A DNA stretch of 43,636 bases from an uncultured Methanobrevibacter sp. (lineage in GTDB: Archaea > Methanobacteriota > Methanobacteria > Methanobacteriales > Methanobacteriaceae), in contig CAZOYH010000001.1 in the NCBI GenBank assembly GCA_964583995.1, positions 1 through 43,636 of the forward strand, written 5' to 3'. Made by a program: the position numbers and the translations under genes. Below are positions 8,731-19,188 of the stretch, one piece after another (position 1 is the stretch's first letter; every line of letters begins with the position of its first letter). The notes under the pieces were generated by a model. That model saw only the letters and a program-made list of their open reading frames with translations, ran no database searches and was not told where the DNA came from.

Positions 8731-9492
8731 ATGGATATAGGAGAAAGCGTTTCAAACTCATTTAAATATCCTTTCAAAGATTTTTATAATTTCAAATTCG
8801 TAATGCTGTTTTTCTTATTGCTGGCTCCATTGTTTTATGCGCTATGGTATAATACCTCTTCTGAAATCATTATTTCAATCTCATTAATCTTGCTTTTAGT
8901 TGTCATATTGATAATTCCAGGGTATCTGATTTCTATAGTCAAAAATGGAATTATGCAGACAGGTGAAGTTTCAAAGTTCAATGTTAAAAAGAACATTGTT
9001 GATACATTTAAATTATTTTTAATATCATTAGTCTATTCAATTATTCCAATAATTGTGATGCTGATTGTGTCATTTTCCTTTGGAATATTCACTTATTCTG
9101 AAGTGGATATGGCCAGTTTATCAACCGCCCAGTCCAATCAGCTTGCATTAGGAATTATTATCACTGTTTTAATTGCAATTCTAGTCGAGTTTGCATATGT
9201 AATTTTTTTAATTGTTGCAATAGCCAGATTTGCACATTACGACAGCATGTCTCAGGCTTTTGAGTTTGGAGAGGTTTATAAGGATATTAAAAAAATCGGA
9301 ATTGGAAAATTAATCGGATGGTTAATAGTAACAAACATTATATTTAATTTAATTGCCCGTTTTGGGTTATTGCTTATTTTAATACCTGTAGCAGGAGTAT
9401 TAATCTATCTGTTGGTATTATTACCATTTGCATTATTGTTCTATGCTCATTCCATAGGTTGTATTTATTCAAACGTTTTAGAAAATGAATAA
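8731..9492 (+). CDS. DUF4013-family membrane protein
   Basis: MDIGE...SFKYPFKD start, GY...I motif, ARFAHYDS..AFEFGEV..DIKKIG; multiple TM helices. Confidence 0.85.
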   Translation: MDIGESVSNSFKYPFKDFYNFKFVMLFFLLLAPLFYALWYNTSSEIIISISLILLLVVILIIPGYLISIVKNGIMQTGEVSKFNVKKNIVDTFKLFLISLVYSIIPIIVMLIVSFSFGIFTYSEVDMASLSTAQSNQLALGIIITVLIAILVEFAYVIFLIVAIARFAHYDSMSQAFEFGEVYKDIKKIGIGKLIGWLIVTNIIFNLIARFGLLLILIPVAGVLIYLLVLLPFALLFYAHSIGCIYSNVLENE

Positions 9493-9555
9493 ATACTTTT
9501 CTTATTTTTTTAAAAACAATTAATTTAATATATCATTTTAAATAAAGATTAATTC

Positions 9556-10308
9556 ATGAAAGACATTGAAAATTATATTCGTGATATATTAAAAACAAGA
9601 TCTATTCATTTTACTTTAATTGATCCCGACGAACAGACACCAGAGCAAGCCCTAGAAATAGCCACTCAAGCTATTGAAGGCGGAACCGATGGTATAATGA
9701 TTGGAGGATCAACCATTAACGGTGAAGATTTGGATAACACATGTAAAATCCTATCTGAAAACATTGCTGTACCTATAATTATTTTCCCAGGAAACACCAG
9801 CAGTGTAAGTAAACATGCAGATGGAATATTTTACATGAGCTACATTAACTCAAGAAATCCACACTGGATTAACGGTGCACAAGCTATTGCAGCACCAACA
9901 GTAAAGGCATCTGGTATTGAAATATTACCTATGGCTTATATGGTAGCTGAGCCTGGTGGAACTGTCGGTTGGGTTGGAGACGCTAACTTAGTGCCAAGAA
10001 ACAAACCTAAAATAGCTGCGATTTATGCAATGTCTTATGAAATGTTCGGATTCAAGTTCTTCTACATTGAAGCAGGTTCCGGTGCAGACCAACCAATCCC
10101 TCCGGAAATGATTGGTTATATAAGAAAAGCAGCTCCGGAAATCATATTGGTTGTCGGCGGTGGAATCCGTGACGCTAAAGCATCCTATATTGCAGCAAAA
10201 GCCGGTGCAGACATTGTTGTTACCGGTACTGTTGTAGAAGAAGTTGATGATGTAAAAGCTAAAATTCAGGAATTGACCGGAGCTATTAAAAAAGCTTCAT
10301 TAGAGTAG
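9556..10308 (+). CDS. Geranylgeranylglyceryl phosphate synthase
   Basis: HFTLIDPD, GTDGIMIGGS, IIFPG, YIEAGSGA, VGGGIR, VTGT. Confidence 0.95.
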   Translation: MKDIENYIRDILKTRSIHFTLIDPDEQTPEQALEIATQAIEGGTDGIMIGGSTINGEDLDNTCKILSENIAVPIIIFPGNTSSVSKHADGIFYMSYINSRNPHWINGAQAIAAPTVKASGIEILPMAYMVAEPGGTVGWVGDANLVPRNKPKIAAIYAMSYEMFGFKFFYIEAGSGADQPIPPEMIGYIRKAAPEIILVVGGGIRDAKASYIAAKAGADIVVTGTVVEEVDDVKAKIQELTGAIKKASLE

Positions 10309-10474
10309 ATTACATCTGCTCTTAAAACTTTTTTTTATAATTGCGAATCTAAAAACTTTAAAATTCATGATTGAATTGCATTTGTTAAATATTACTTCAC
10401 AAATGCTCTCTGAAATGATTTAAATAAAAGTAAAAAATAAAATTAACATGAAAATAACAAATTGAATTCATTTG

Positions 10475-10508
10475 ATATTTTCCAACCAAAAACAAGATTG
10501 GAAAATAT
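10475..10508. promoter_or_regulatory. Perfect 11-bp inverted repeat upstream of nurA (possible operator or terminator)
   Basis: ATATTTTCCAA (10475-10485), 12-nt spacer, TTGGAAAATAT (10498-10508). Confidence 0.45.
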
Positions 10509-10555
10509 TTTTGATGAATGAAATGAGTATAAAATAAAATGTTTTGTGTGATATC

Positions 10556-11629
10556 ATGTTAAATTCATTGTATGAAAAAGCCATTGCCAAAAGAGGATTT
10601 TTACACACTATCGATTCAGACAGTAATGTTGACTCTCAACTTGAACATAACTGGTTTGATAGAACCATTGGTGAAAGTCAGGAGGATTTTTCCATTGCTG
10701 CAGGAGATGGGAGCTTTAACAAAAAAAAGTTCTTGACAAGTAATTTCTGTGCTATAGGTGCTGAGTCCATAATTTATGATGGTGAAATTAAAAAAATCGA
10801 TGACTCTGAGATATTTGAAATTGCAAATGTTTCCTTTTTGGATGAAATCTTAAGCAACTATATGTCAATTTATGAGATAAAATGTGCTCTAAGAGCCATT
10901 AAGGAATATAATGTGGATTATTATATGTTCGATGGTTCTATTTTAGGAGATCTTCAAAATGCATTTCCAAGAGGAGCTAAAATGCCTCAAAAGCTTAGAG
11001 AAAATCTTGATGATTCACTTTTGGCAGAATTTGAAAGAAGACTTTCACAGAAAAATTTCGGATTGGTATTTCCTGATTTGATGAAATCCTTAAAATTAAT
11101 GGAAATGCCAAAACAGGATGATATTAATAAGATTGAAGAATACAATCTTCATCTGGCTTCTGTTGAAAAAATCATACTCTTGAAGGAACTTTTACAATAT
11201 CGCAAAAAAATCATTTCCATTTCAAAAACATCTTCCGACAATGAACTGTTCCATTGGAACATCCCTGACATTGCATTTCTGGACAAGTTCACCAAAAAAC
11301 AGGGAATGTCAATCATAAAATATAGAAATGTTTTTGAAAGGGCACCTTTCCCATATTACAATGATTTTTTCAAAGGATTAATATTTACTGTATTTTACAT
11401 TCGTTTACAGGACAATAAAAATGTATTGAAGGTGGAACTGCCTTATAAGGCATCAAAAGATGAAGTATTTGAATTAATCAAAAAAATCAACGTCCTATCA
11501 GTTCAGGGTTATCCATATTTGCTTAACAAGGCTCATAATGATGTGGTAATCACTGACAGGAATATAAAGGAATTGCTAAAAATAGCTAAAATTTATGAAA
11601 CAACAAACAGGGAGGTACTGTCATGGTAG
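10556..11629 (+). CDS. nurA: DNA double-strand break repair nuclease NurA
   Basis: AAGDGS, MFDGSI, ISKTS, GYPYLLNKAHNDVVI motifs; first gene of the herA-mre11-rad50 cluster. Confidence 0.93.
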   Translation: MLNSLYEKAIAKRGFLHTIDSDSNVDSQLEHNWFDRTIGESQEDFSIAAGDGSFNKKKFLTSNFCAIGAESIIYDGEIKKIDDSEIFEIANVSFLDEILSNYMSIYEIKCALRAIKEYNVDYYMFDGSILGDLQNAFPRGAKMPQKLRENLDDSLLAEFERRLSQKNFGLVFPDLMKSLKLMEMPKQDDINKIEEYNLHLASVEKIILLKELLQYRKKIISISKTSSDNELFHWNIPDIAFLDKFTKKQGMSIIKYRNVFERAPFPYYNDFFKGLIFTVFYIRLQDNKNVLKVELPYKASKDEVFELIKKINVLSVQGYPYLLNKAHNDVVITDRNIKELLKIAKIYETTNREVLSW

Positions 11630-13137
11630 TAGGAATTTGTGTAGGGGAAACATCATTAACTGAAGTCACATTCATTTCAGATACAATGCCTAAAGTAGGC
11701 GAATATGTTACAATGGAATATGATGGGAAAAAAGTTTTAGGGATGATTGAAAACTTAATTAGAGGAAATGATGCTTTAAACATTGATATTAATGATTTTA
11801 AAGCAATTCAAAAGATTTCAAGAATCGGTGTTGACAACAATTATATCAGAGGAAAAGTAAAGATTCTTGGAGATGTAAATGATAATCTAAAACTTCCAAG
11901 AACCCCTGTGCTTCCTGGAACTGAAATCAATTTGGCAGATAAGGATGTTTTAGATGAAATATTTAAGGTAAAAAATCCTATAAAACTAGGAGCCCTTGTA
12001 AATCAAAGTGATGTTGACGTTAATGTTGAGGCAAATCCGATTTTATCAAGACACCTTGCGATTTTAGCTATGACTGGTGCAGGTAAATCAAATACTGTTT
12101 CTGTTTTGATTGATCAGTTATTGAAATATAATGTTCCTATATTTGTATTTGACATGCATGGGGAATATGTTGGTGCTGAATTTCCAAATGGTGATGTAAA
12201 CATCATCAAACCGAAAATTAATCCTAAATACATGGAATTTTATGAAATCAAAAAATTAATGAACATTCCTTCAAATGCAGTCATTCAGGAAAGACACTTC
12301 CGGGATGCATTCAATCATGCAACAAAGAAACTTGGTGAAGGAACAGAAGAAACCATCAATTTCCTTGACCTGATGTATGATTATCTTGAAGTGGAATCAG
12401 GTATAAATGATGAGGAAGGTAAAGTGGAAAAATCAATGGTTGATGTAATGAACAAGATTTTGGATGCCAAATTGAAATACTCCAATTTATTCTATAAAAA
12501 TGCTCCAAATATCATATCTAAAATAGAGCCTGGTAATGTTAATGTCCTTGATTTAAGTCAAGTCGATGAATATGTTGCAACTGTTTTAGTCAGCCATATT
12601 CTGAGAAATTCACTTCAAAAATCAAAGGATGCAGCACATTCAGCAAACAAGGAAGATTTAATGAAAAACTCAGTATTTTTCATTCTTGAAGAAGCTCATA
12701 TTCTTGCTCCAAAAAATCGTGATTCAGACTCAAAAAGATGGATTCAAAGAGTTGCAAGGGAAGGACGTAAATTTGGTTTGGGATTGTGTTTAGTTAGTCA
12801 GTCTCCAAAAACCGTTGACCATGATGCGCTATCTCAGATGAACAATATGATAATCTTAAGACTTGTCGAGCCAGAAGATCAAAGACATGTGCAGTCTGCA
12901 AGTGAAAGTCTCTCTAAGGATTTGGTTAATCAGCTGCCTTCTTTAAATGTTGGGGAAGCAGTTATATTGGGTTTGATGAGTAAAGTTCCTGTTCTTGTTA
13001 AAATTGACGAGTTCAAGGGTCGCCGTCACGGTGATGACATGGACATTGTTTCCTATTTCAGAAATATAAAAGAAAAGGAAGCAGAAGAGTTACAAAGACA
13101 AGAACAAGAAACATTAGATATGGGATATGACTATTAG
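11623..13137 (+). CDS. herA: HerA DNA translocase/helicase
   Basis: N-terminal HAS barrel, RHLAILAMTGAGKS, DMHGEY, EEAH, AREGRKFG, SQ.P. Confidence 0.95.
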   Translation: MVVGICVGETSLTEVTFISDTMPKVGEYVTMEYDGKKVLGMIENLIRGNDALNIDINDFKAIQKISRIGVDNNYIRGKVKILGDVNDNLKLPRTPVLPGTEINLADKDVLDEIFKVKNPIKLGALVNQSDVDVNVEANPILSRHLAILAMTGAGKSNTVSVLIDQLLKYNVPIFVFDMHGEYVGAEFPNGDVNIIKPKINPKYMEFYEIKKLMNIPSNAVIQERHFRDAFNHATKKLGEGTEETINFLDLMYDYLEVESGINDEEGKVEKSMVDVMNKILDAKLKYSNLFYKNAPNIISKIEPGNVNVLDLSQVDEYVATVLVSHILRNSLQKSKDAAHSANKEDLMKNSVFFILEEAHILAPKNRDSDSKRWIQRVAREGRKFGLGLCLVSQSPKTVDHDALSQMNNMIILRLVEPEDQRHVQSASESLSKDLVNQLPSLNVGEAVILGLMSKVPVLVKIDEFKGRRHGDDMDIVSYFRNIKEKEAEELQRQEQETLDMGYDY

Positions 13138-13315
13138 TGTATCCTATTTTTTTCCTATTTTTTAATTTAACATGAAAAAAGCAATATTGTATTGTTTAGA
13201 AATGATTTACTTTACAAAACAGTTAAATATACAATCTAATAAACTATTATTCAATTAAATACTTTGATAAGTGTTTAAATTGGTTATATACAAAAAAATT
13301 TAAAAAGGTAATATA

Positions 13316-14560
13316 ATGAAATTTGCACATTTAGCAGATACTCATTTAGGTTATCGCCAATTTGGTTTAATTGAGCGTGAAAAAGACTTTTATGAAGTAT
13401 TTGAAAAGGTAATTGACAAAATAATTGAAGAAAAAGTCGATTTTGTAATACATAGTGGGGACTTGTTTGAAACTGCAAGACCATCTCCAAATGCACTTTT
13501 AGCATTCCAGAAAGGACTTCTCAAATTAAAAGGTGCTGGAATTCCTATGTATGCAATAGCTGGAAATCATGATGTTGTAATGCGTAAAGGAGCAATCCCT
13601 CCGCAAGTAATATTTAAAAAATTAGGACTAAAAGTAATAAGTCCAATCAACACTAATTACATGCATGGGGATATTTTCATTGCAGGACTTCCGTATTATC
13701 CGTCATCTCAAAGCAAGGTTTTAAAATCAAAACTCTCAGAGCTTTCCAAAAAAGCAGCCAACCATGAAAAATCCATCTTAGTTCTACATCAGGGAATTGA
13801 TAAGTACTTCGGTTATCAGTATGAATTGGAAATAGGTGAAGTTCCGGATAACTTTAATTATTATGCAATGGGCCACATTCATAAATACATTAATGACAGT
13901 TTCGGAGCTGGAAGACTGGTTTATCCGGGTTCTGGTGAAATCTGGAAAACCAAGGAATGGGAAGATTATCTTGAAAACGGTAAAGGTTTTGTAGTAGTTG
14001 ACTTTGACGGTCCAAAACCTGTTGTAAAACGTGTAAAGGTTGATATTCCAAGGGAATTCATTAAAAGAACACTTGATTACAACAACCTTGAAAGCGGTAT
14101 TGCAGGAATCAGGGAAATCATCAAGGGCTTTGATAAAAAACCTATTCTTGATTTGACAATCAACAATGTTGATTCAGACACGGGAATCGTTTATGACATC
14201 ATCAAACAGGAACTTGAAGATTTATCACTGATGATTAGACCTACATTCAACATGGTTGGTGAGGAAAGCATTGATGAGATAATCAATCAAAACGAGTCAT
14301 TGGGTCCAAAGGAACTCCTGATTGAAAATCTTAAAAAATATGACGACAGTAATGTAGATACTTTGGCTCTTGAACTGTATGGATATCTCTCAAAGGATAA
14401 AATCGATGAAGCCAAGGATTTGGTTAACCTGTTTTATGAAAGATATTATAAAAATGTGGAAGAAGTTGTTGAATTTAAAACTGAAGAAGTTGAAAAAGAA
14501 GAACCTCCTGAAGAGGAATCAGGGGACGTTCAGGTTACATTTAATGAGGTTTTAAAATGA
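13316..14560 (+). CDS. mre11: Mre11 nuclease
   Basis: ADTHLG, GDLF, GNHD, LHQ, GHIH, YPGS phosphoesterase motifs; overlaps rad50 start. Confidence 0.95.
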   Translation: MKFAHLADTHLGYRQFGLIEREKDFYEVFEKVIDKIIEEKVDFVIHSGDLFETARPSPNALLAFQKGLLKLKGAGIPMYAIAGNHDVVMRKGAIPPQVIFKKLGLKVISPINTNYMHGDIFIAGLPYYPSSQSKVLKSKLSELSKKAANHEKSILVLHQGIDKYFGYQYELEIGEVPDNFNYYAMGHIHKYINDSFGAGRLVYPGSGEIWKTKEWEDYLENGKGFVVVDFDGPKPVVKRVKVDIPREFIKRTLDYNNLESGIAGIREIIKGFDKKPILDLTINNVDSDTGIVYDIIKQELEDLSLMIRPTFNMVGEESIDEIINQNESLGPKELLIENLKKYDDSNVDTLALELYGYLSKDKIDEAKDLVNLFYERYYKNVEEVVEFKTEEVEKEEPPEEESGDVQVTFNEVLK

Positions 14561-17304
14561 TTTTCACAAGACTTAGACTTAATAACTTTAAATCCCATGA
14601 AAGCACCATTATAAATTTCGATAAGGGGATAAGTGTAATTGTAGGTGAAAACGGTGCTGGAAAATCAACCATTCTTGAAGGAATAAGTTTTGCTCTATTC
14701 AAACAGCACACAGCTAAAAAAATCGATGATTTGGTAAGAAACAATGCTCCTGCAATGCTTGTTGAGTTGGAATTCAACTCCAACGGCAGACAGTACAAGA
14801 TTATACGTGAGAAAAAATCCAGCCTAAAATCATCTATCTATAAGAAAACCTCACAGGACAGTGGTTATGTCCACATATGCAGTGGAGATAAGGAAGTTGC
14901 CCGTGAAATTCAACAAATACTTGACATAGACTCTGATTTATTTTTAAATGCGATTTACATAAGGCAGGGTGAAATAGCAGAGTTAGTCGACAAGACTCCT
15001 GCTGAGAAAAAACAGTTAATAGGCAAACTATTAGGTATAGATTCACTTGAAAGATCATGGAAAAACTTGCTTCCTCTCATTAACGATTATGAAAACGAAC
15101 TTGCAGAACTTAAAGGTAAGCTCTTTAATTCATCCGAGTTAGTTGAACAAAGAGACAAAAAAAGGGCTGAACTGAACACTCTTAAGGACAGGGGCCATGA
15201 ACTTGAAGAGCAAATCAAGGAAGTTCAAGAGTTTTTAGATGAAATATCAGAAAACAAAAGAAACATGGAACGTGAAAAGGAAATTCACGACGACCATGTA
15301 AACAAACTTGACATTGAAGAAAAGACATTAGTCAAACTCGAAGAGGATAAAAGACAGATTCAGGATAATCTCGACAAGATTCGTGAAGCCGAAGAGGAAA
15401 TAGAAAGACTTGAAAAATACGTCTCCAAATTGGATGTTTATCTTGATTTTGAAAAGTCAGTTACAAGTATCCAGAACCTTAAAGAATCCGAAAAGGAAAT
15501 CGAAGACAAACTTGACTCCATTGCAGAGCAAAAAGACATTGTCAAACGCAAAAAAGAAGGTTACAATAACTTTTTAGCCTCTGATGAAGAAATCAACGAT
15601 TTGACTAATCAGAAACTTGACTTTGAAAAGGACTTAGCGGCAATGGCCAAACTTGAAAAGGACAAAAAGACTCTTTTAATCGACATTGAAAATGAAAGAA
15701 ACGATATTCAGAATTTCTTTTCAGAATCTAAAGACAAGTTAGATGATGAAGGCATGAAAAAGGATGTTTTAGCTGAAATTGATGACTTTAGCCACATTGA
15801 AGAGGCAACAAACGGCTTTTTAGATGAAATATCCATCAGGATTAAGGAGTTGGGAGATGAAATCATCTCTAAAAACGAGGAAATTGTTGTATTCAAGCAG
15901 AACATCAAGGCCAGTGAAAAGCCACTGAAAGAACTTGATGATGTTGAAAACAAGTGTCCAGTATGTCAGTCAGATATAACTTCCTATCAGAAAAAGGAAT
16001 TGATGAAGCAGTATAAAACCAGCATTTCTGATAATGAAAAGGCAATTTCTGAAAACGAGGAAGCTGTCCGTCTTTTAACCAAAAACAAAGAAAGCTTTGA
16101 AGGCAAACATGAAAGAATGCTTGAACTTTCTAAAAATATCATAGAATACAAGCAAAAGTTCAATCAGCTTCAAAACGAGTTAGTTAAATTAAGCAAAATG
16201 GATGAAGACCTTGAAAATAAGGAATTCATTACAAACAAACTCGGTGAGATTATATTGCAAATTTCCAACAAAAAAACCGACAGGGAAACTTATCAGGGCG
16301 ATTATGATACATATAATCAGGCTAAAGGTGCTCTTGAAGTTTTAGGTAATGAAACCGATGTTCAATATAAATTAAAACAGGTTAAAAATGAAATTGACAA
16401 TCATGTTGCCAATATCAAACTGGCCATTGAACAGGATCCTCATTTAAGTGGAGACATCAGCGCTTCAGAATTAAAAACCCGTATTGATGATTTAAAACAG
16501 AAAAACGAAGAGTTCAACCAGCTTAAAGGTTTCATTCAAAACAAAAACAGTTACATGACTCAGCTGGATTCAGTTAAAGAGGATATTGGAATGTCCATTA
16601 ACCAGATAGACATTCTTAAAAATAAACTTAAGGCCTCTGCTTATGATGAAAACAAATATGAGCAGATTATTTTCAAAAATGAACGCTATGAAAGAAGACA
16701 TGCAACATTCAACGGTGAACTTTCTGAAATCAAGGGAAGGGCACGTGAATCAATTGCAAATCTCAAGGAATTGAATTCAAAAATTGAAACTGCAGAAAAA
16801 TTCCAGCAGGAATACAATGATGTTTCAGACTATATTAATCTGTTGACTCATATCAGAAACCTATATAGTAAAAACGGTATTCAAAAGGATTTAAGAAACA
16901 TTTCAAGACCTTTAATCCAGAAATACACAAAAGAGTTCTTCAATGAATTTAACTTCAACTACTCTGATTTGACTTTGGATGATGAATATGATGTTACTGT
17001 ATATGGTCCTGAAGGCGAATCATCAATGAGTATGGTAAGTGGCGGTGAAAAGATTGCAATTGCTCTTGCTTTAAGACTGGGTATAACTCAGGCAATGGCC
17101 AATGGAGAATTGGATACTATTTTACTTGACGAGCCTACAATTCATTTGGATGCTTCAAGAAGACATGAACTGATTAATCTATTAAAGGACATGACCTTGC
17201 TTCCGCAAATGATTATTGTAACTCACGAAGCGCAGCTTGAAAATGCCGCTGATAACTTAATAAAAGTAGAAAAAGAAAATGGTATTTCAAAAGTAGTAAT
17301 GTAA
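14557..17304 (+). CDS. rad50: Rad50 ATPase
   Basis: GENGAGKS Walker A, YIRQGE Q-loop, coiled coils with central CPVC zinc hook, SGGE signature, LLDEPT, VTH. Confidence 0.96.
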   Translation: MIFTRLRLNNFKSHESTIINFDKGISVIVGENGAGKSTILEGISFALFKQHTAKKIDDLVRNNAPAMLVELEFNSNGRQYKIIREKKSSLKSSIYKKTSQDSGYVHICSGDKEVAREIQQILDIDSDLFLNAIYIRQGEIAELVDKTPAEKKQLIGKLLGIDSLERSWKNLLPLINDYENELAELKGKLFNSSELVEQRDKKRAELNTLKDRGHELEEQIKEVQEFLDEISENKRNMEREKEIHDDHVNKLDIEEKTLVKLEEDKRQIQDNLDKIREAEEEIERLEKYVSKLDVYLDFEKSVTSIQNLKESEKEIEDKLDSIAEQKDIVKRKKEGYNNFLASDEEINDLTNQKLDFEKDLAAMAKLEKDKKTLLIDIENERNDIQNFFSESKDKLDDEGMKKDVLAEIDDFSHIEEATNGFLDEISIRIKELGDEIISKNEEIVVFKQNIKASEKPLKELDDVENKCPVCQSDITSYQKKELMKQYKTSISDNEKAISENEEAVRLLTKNKESFEGKHERMLELSKNIIEYKQKFNQLQNELVKLSKMDEDLENKEFITNKLGEIILQISNKKTDRETYQGDYDTYNQAKGALEVLGNETDVQYKLKQVKNEIDNHVANIKLAIEQDPHLSGDISASELKTRIDDLKQKNEEFNQLKGFIQNKNSYMTQLDSVKEDIGMSINQIDILKNKLKASAYDENKYEQIIFKNERYERRHATFNGELSEIKGRARESIANLKELNSKIETAEKFQQEYNDVSDYINLLTHIRNLYSKNGIQKDLRNISRPLIQKYTKEFFNEFNFNYSDLTLDDEYDVTVYGPEGESSMSMVSGGEKIAIALALRLGITQAMANGELDTILLDEPTIHLDASRRHELINLLKDMTLLPQMIIVTHEAQLENAADNLIKVEKENGISKVVM

Positions 17305-17328
17305 TTACATTACTCTTTTAATTTTTTT

Positions 17329-17724
17329 TTACATGGTTTCCGGTGCGTCTTTAATAGAGTCAATAATGCAGTTTGCATTCCATCCGACAATTGTTGCGGC
17401 TTTTTCTTCTAGGACTTCAGGAACCTCTTCAAGACCTTGTGGTCTTACAAGAACAATAGGAATATCGTATTTTTCACTTGCTTTCAATAAATCTTCAAAA
17501 ATTTCAGTATTGTCTTTGTAAAGACCTGCAAGCATGATAATCCTGTCTACTTTTTCGTAAAATGCATCTCCGGCATGTGCATATGAACCTGATACTGATT
17601 CCTTCCATAAAAAGTCAACTTTTGAGTATAGCTTTTCTGTAAACTGACCATATTCGTTTCTCAAATCAGTGCCTTTGGTAATGATTAAATTATAAATTTT
17701 ATCGTCTCTTTCATCTTCAAACAT
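17329..17724 (-). CDS. MTH538/DUF1863-like (ThsB-type) TIR-fold protein
   Basis: IIMLAGLY...IPIVLVRPQGLEEVP...A..IVGWN..CIIDSI resembles the C-terminal half of MTH538-like TIR domains. Confidence 0.65.
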   Translation of the reverse strand: MFEDERDDKIYNLIITKGTDLRNEYGQFTEKLYSKVDFLWKESVSGSYAHAGDAFYEKVDRIIMLAGLYKDNTEIFEDLLKASEKYDIPIVLVRPQGLEEVPEVLEEKAATIVGWNANCIIDSIKDAPETM

Positions 17725-17839
17725 TTAAACACCTTGCTTTAATTTTAAATCTTATAATATAAAATTATTTGTTTTACAAAATATTTATTAGTTTAAAACA
17801 ATTAAGATTATAATAGAATTATTTTTAAGGTATTATTTT

Positions 17840-19120
17840 ATGAAAGCAGCTGTAATTGGTTTGGGTGTTGAAGGAAAAAAAGCTGTAAATTCTCTTTTAA
17901 GACATGGATGGGAAGTTTACGCTACTGATTTGAATATTAATGTTGATTTAAATGGTTTGGATTTGCCAAGATTGTCAATGAACATGATTGATGAAAAACA
18001 GACAATTTCAATTGTTGGAGAAAATATAACTGTTGATTTGGGTTTTACAAATTCATATGCCATTGAAGAGTGTGATGCAATAGCGATAAGTCCAAGCATG
18101 TTCGGTGGAACATTCGCTACAAAACTATTGGAAAAAGGACAACTGTTAAGTGATGTTTTAGAAAAACACAGGGATATTTTCACAATCGGAATAACTGGAA
18201 CCAACGGTAAAACCACTACCGTTCACATGATTAAGGAAATTTTAGAAAACGCAGGTAAAAAAGTTTTAGTTGGCGGAAACGGTGGTGGAGGTTTTTCAGG
18301 TTATTATGATTTGATTCTTGAGGCAAATGAAGGTGATTGGGACATATTGCTTGTTGAAGTGTGTGACATGACACTTGATTTTGCAAAATACTGTTTTGAT
18401 TTTGACATGATCGGCCTTACCAATATCGGAAACGATCATATGGATGTTCACAAGACAATTGCAAACTATAAAAACTCTTTAGTCAGATTTTTCTCAAATA
18501 CAACCATATTTACAGCATACAATCAGGATTTCAATACTGATTTTAAAGAGTCTGCCAAAAAAACAATTCCTTATTTTGCATATCAGGATGAATTGCCGTT
18601 GTTTGGTAAATTTAATTTGTTTAATGCAGGTCTGGCCACTGCAATTACAAGGGAGCTTAAGGTTTCAAAAGATGTTGTGAAATCCACATTAGCTGAGTTT
18701 AAAGCTGTTGAAGGCAGAATGGACGTTTATAAGATTAATGATGCTGATGTTTATGTTGGAAAGACAGACAATTCCGATGCTCTTGCATCAGTCTTATCAG
18801 AAAAGGATTTCTATGCAATATTTATCGGAACACCTCGCCATAATGAAGAGCACAGGCTTGATATTTTAGATGTTGCAGTTAAATATAATCCTGAAGTCAT
18901 TGTGCTGTTTCCGGGTCTTGATGACACTTTGGATATTGCAATTTATCGCCTTAATTCGTTAGGTTATATGGGTAACATCATTACTGTTAATTCCCTTGAC
19001 CAGATTATCGAGTTGGTTGCAGAGTATTCTCATGAGGAAGCAATTTTAATTGGTGGTAATGGTCAGGATACAATTATTGATATTCAGGAAAGGATTAAGC
19101 TAATTTCTGAGAAATTATAG
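17840..19120 (+). CDS. Mur-family (MurD-like) amino-acid ligase, probably pseudomurein synthesis
   Basis: GLGVEG Rossmann motif, GITGTNGKTTT P-loop, TNIGNDHMDVH, FN..NA..A, EGRM. Confidence 0.9.
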   Translation: MKAAVIGLGVEGKKAVNSLLRHGWEVYATDLNINVDLNGLDLPRLSMNMIDEKQTISIVGENITVDLGFTNSYAIEECDAIAISPSMFGGTFATKLLEKGQLLSDVLEKHRDIFTIGITGTNGKTTTVHMIKEILENAGKKVLVGGNGGGGFSGYYDLILEANEGDWDILLVEVCDMTLDFAKYCFDFDMIGLTNIGNDHMDVHKTIANYKNSLVRFFSNTTIFTAYNQDFNTDFKESAKKTIPYFAYQDELPLFGKFNLFNAGLATAITRELKVSKDVVKSTLAEFKAVEGRMDVYKINDADVYVGKTDNSDALASVLSEKDFYAIFIGTPRHNEEHRLDILDVAVKYNPEVIVLFPGLDDTLDIAIYRLNSLGYMGNIITVNSLDQIIELVAEYSHEEAILIGGNGQDTIIDIQERIKLISEKL

Positions 19121-19188
19121 ATAAAAGTAACCTATATATACTAGGTAAATCATATCTATATTATTATTGTTATTATTGGGTGTATTAA

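Noticed and set aside
10556-17304. nurA-herA-mre11-rad50 as a novel system
   Set aside because: This is the well-known archaeal double-strand-break resection cluster
17329-17724. Complete Thoeris defence system
   Set aside because: No ThsA-type effector nearby and the catalytic Glu appears absent
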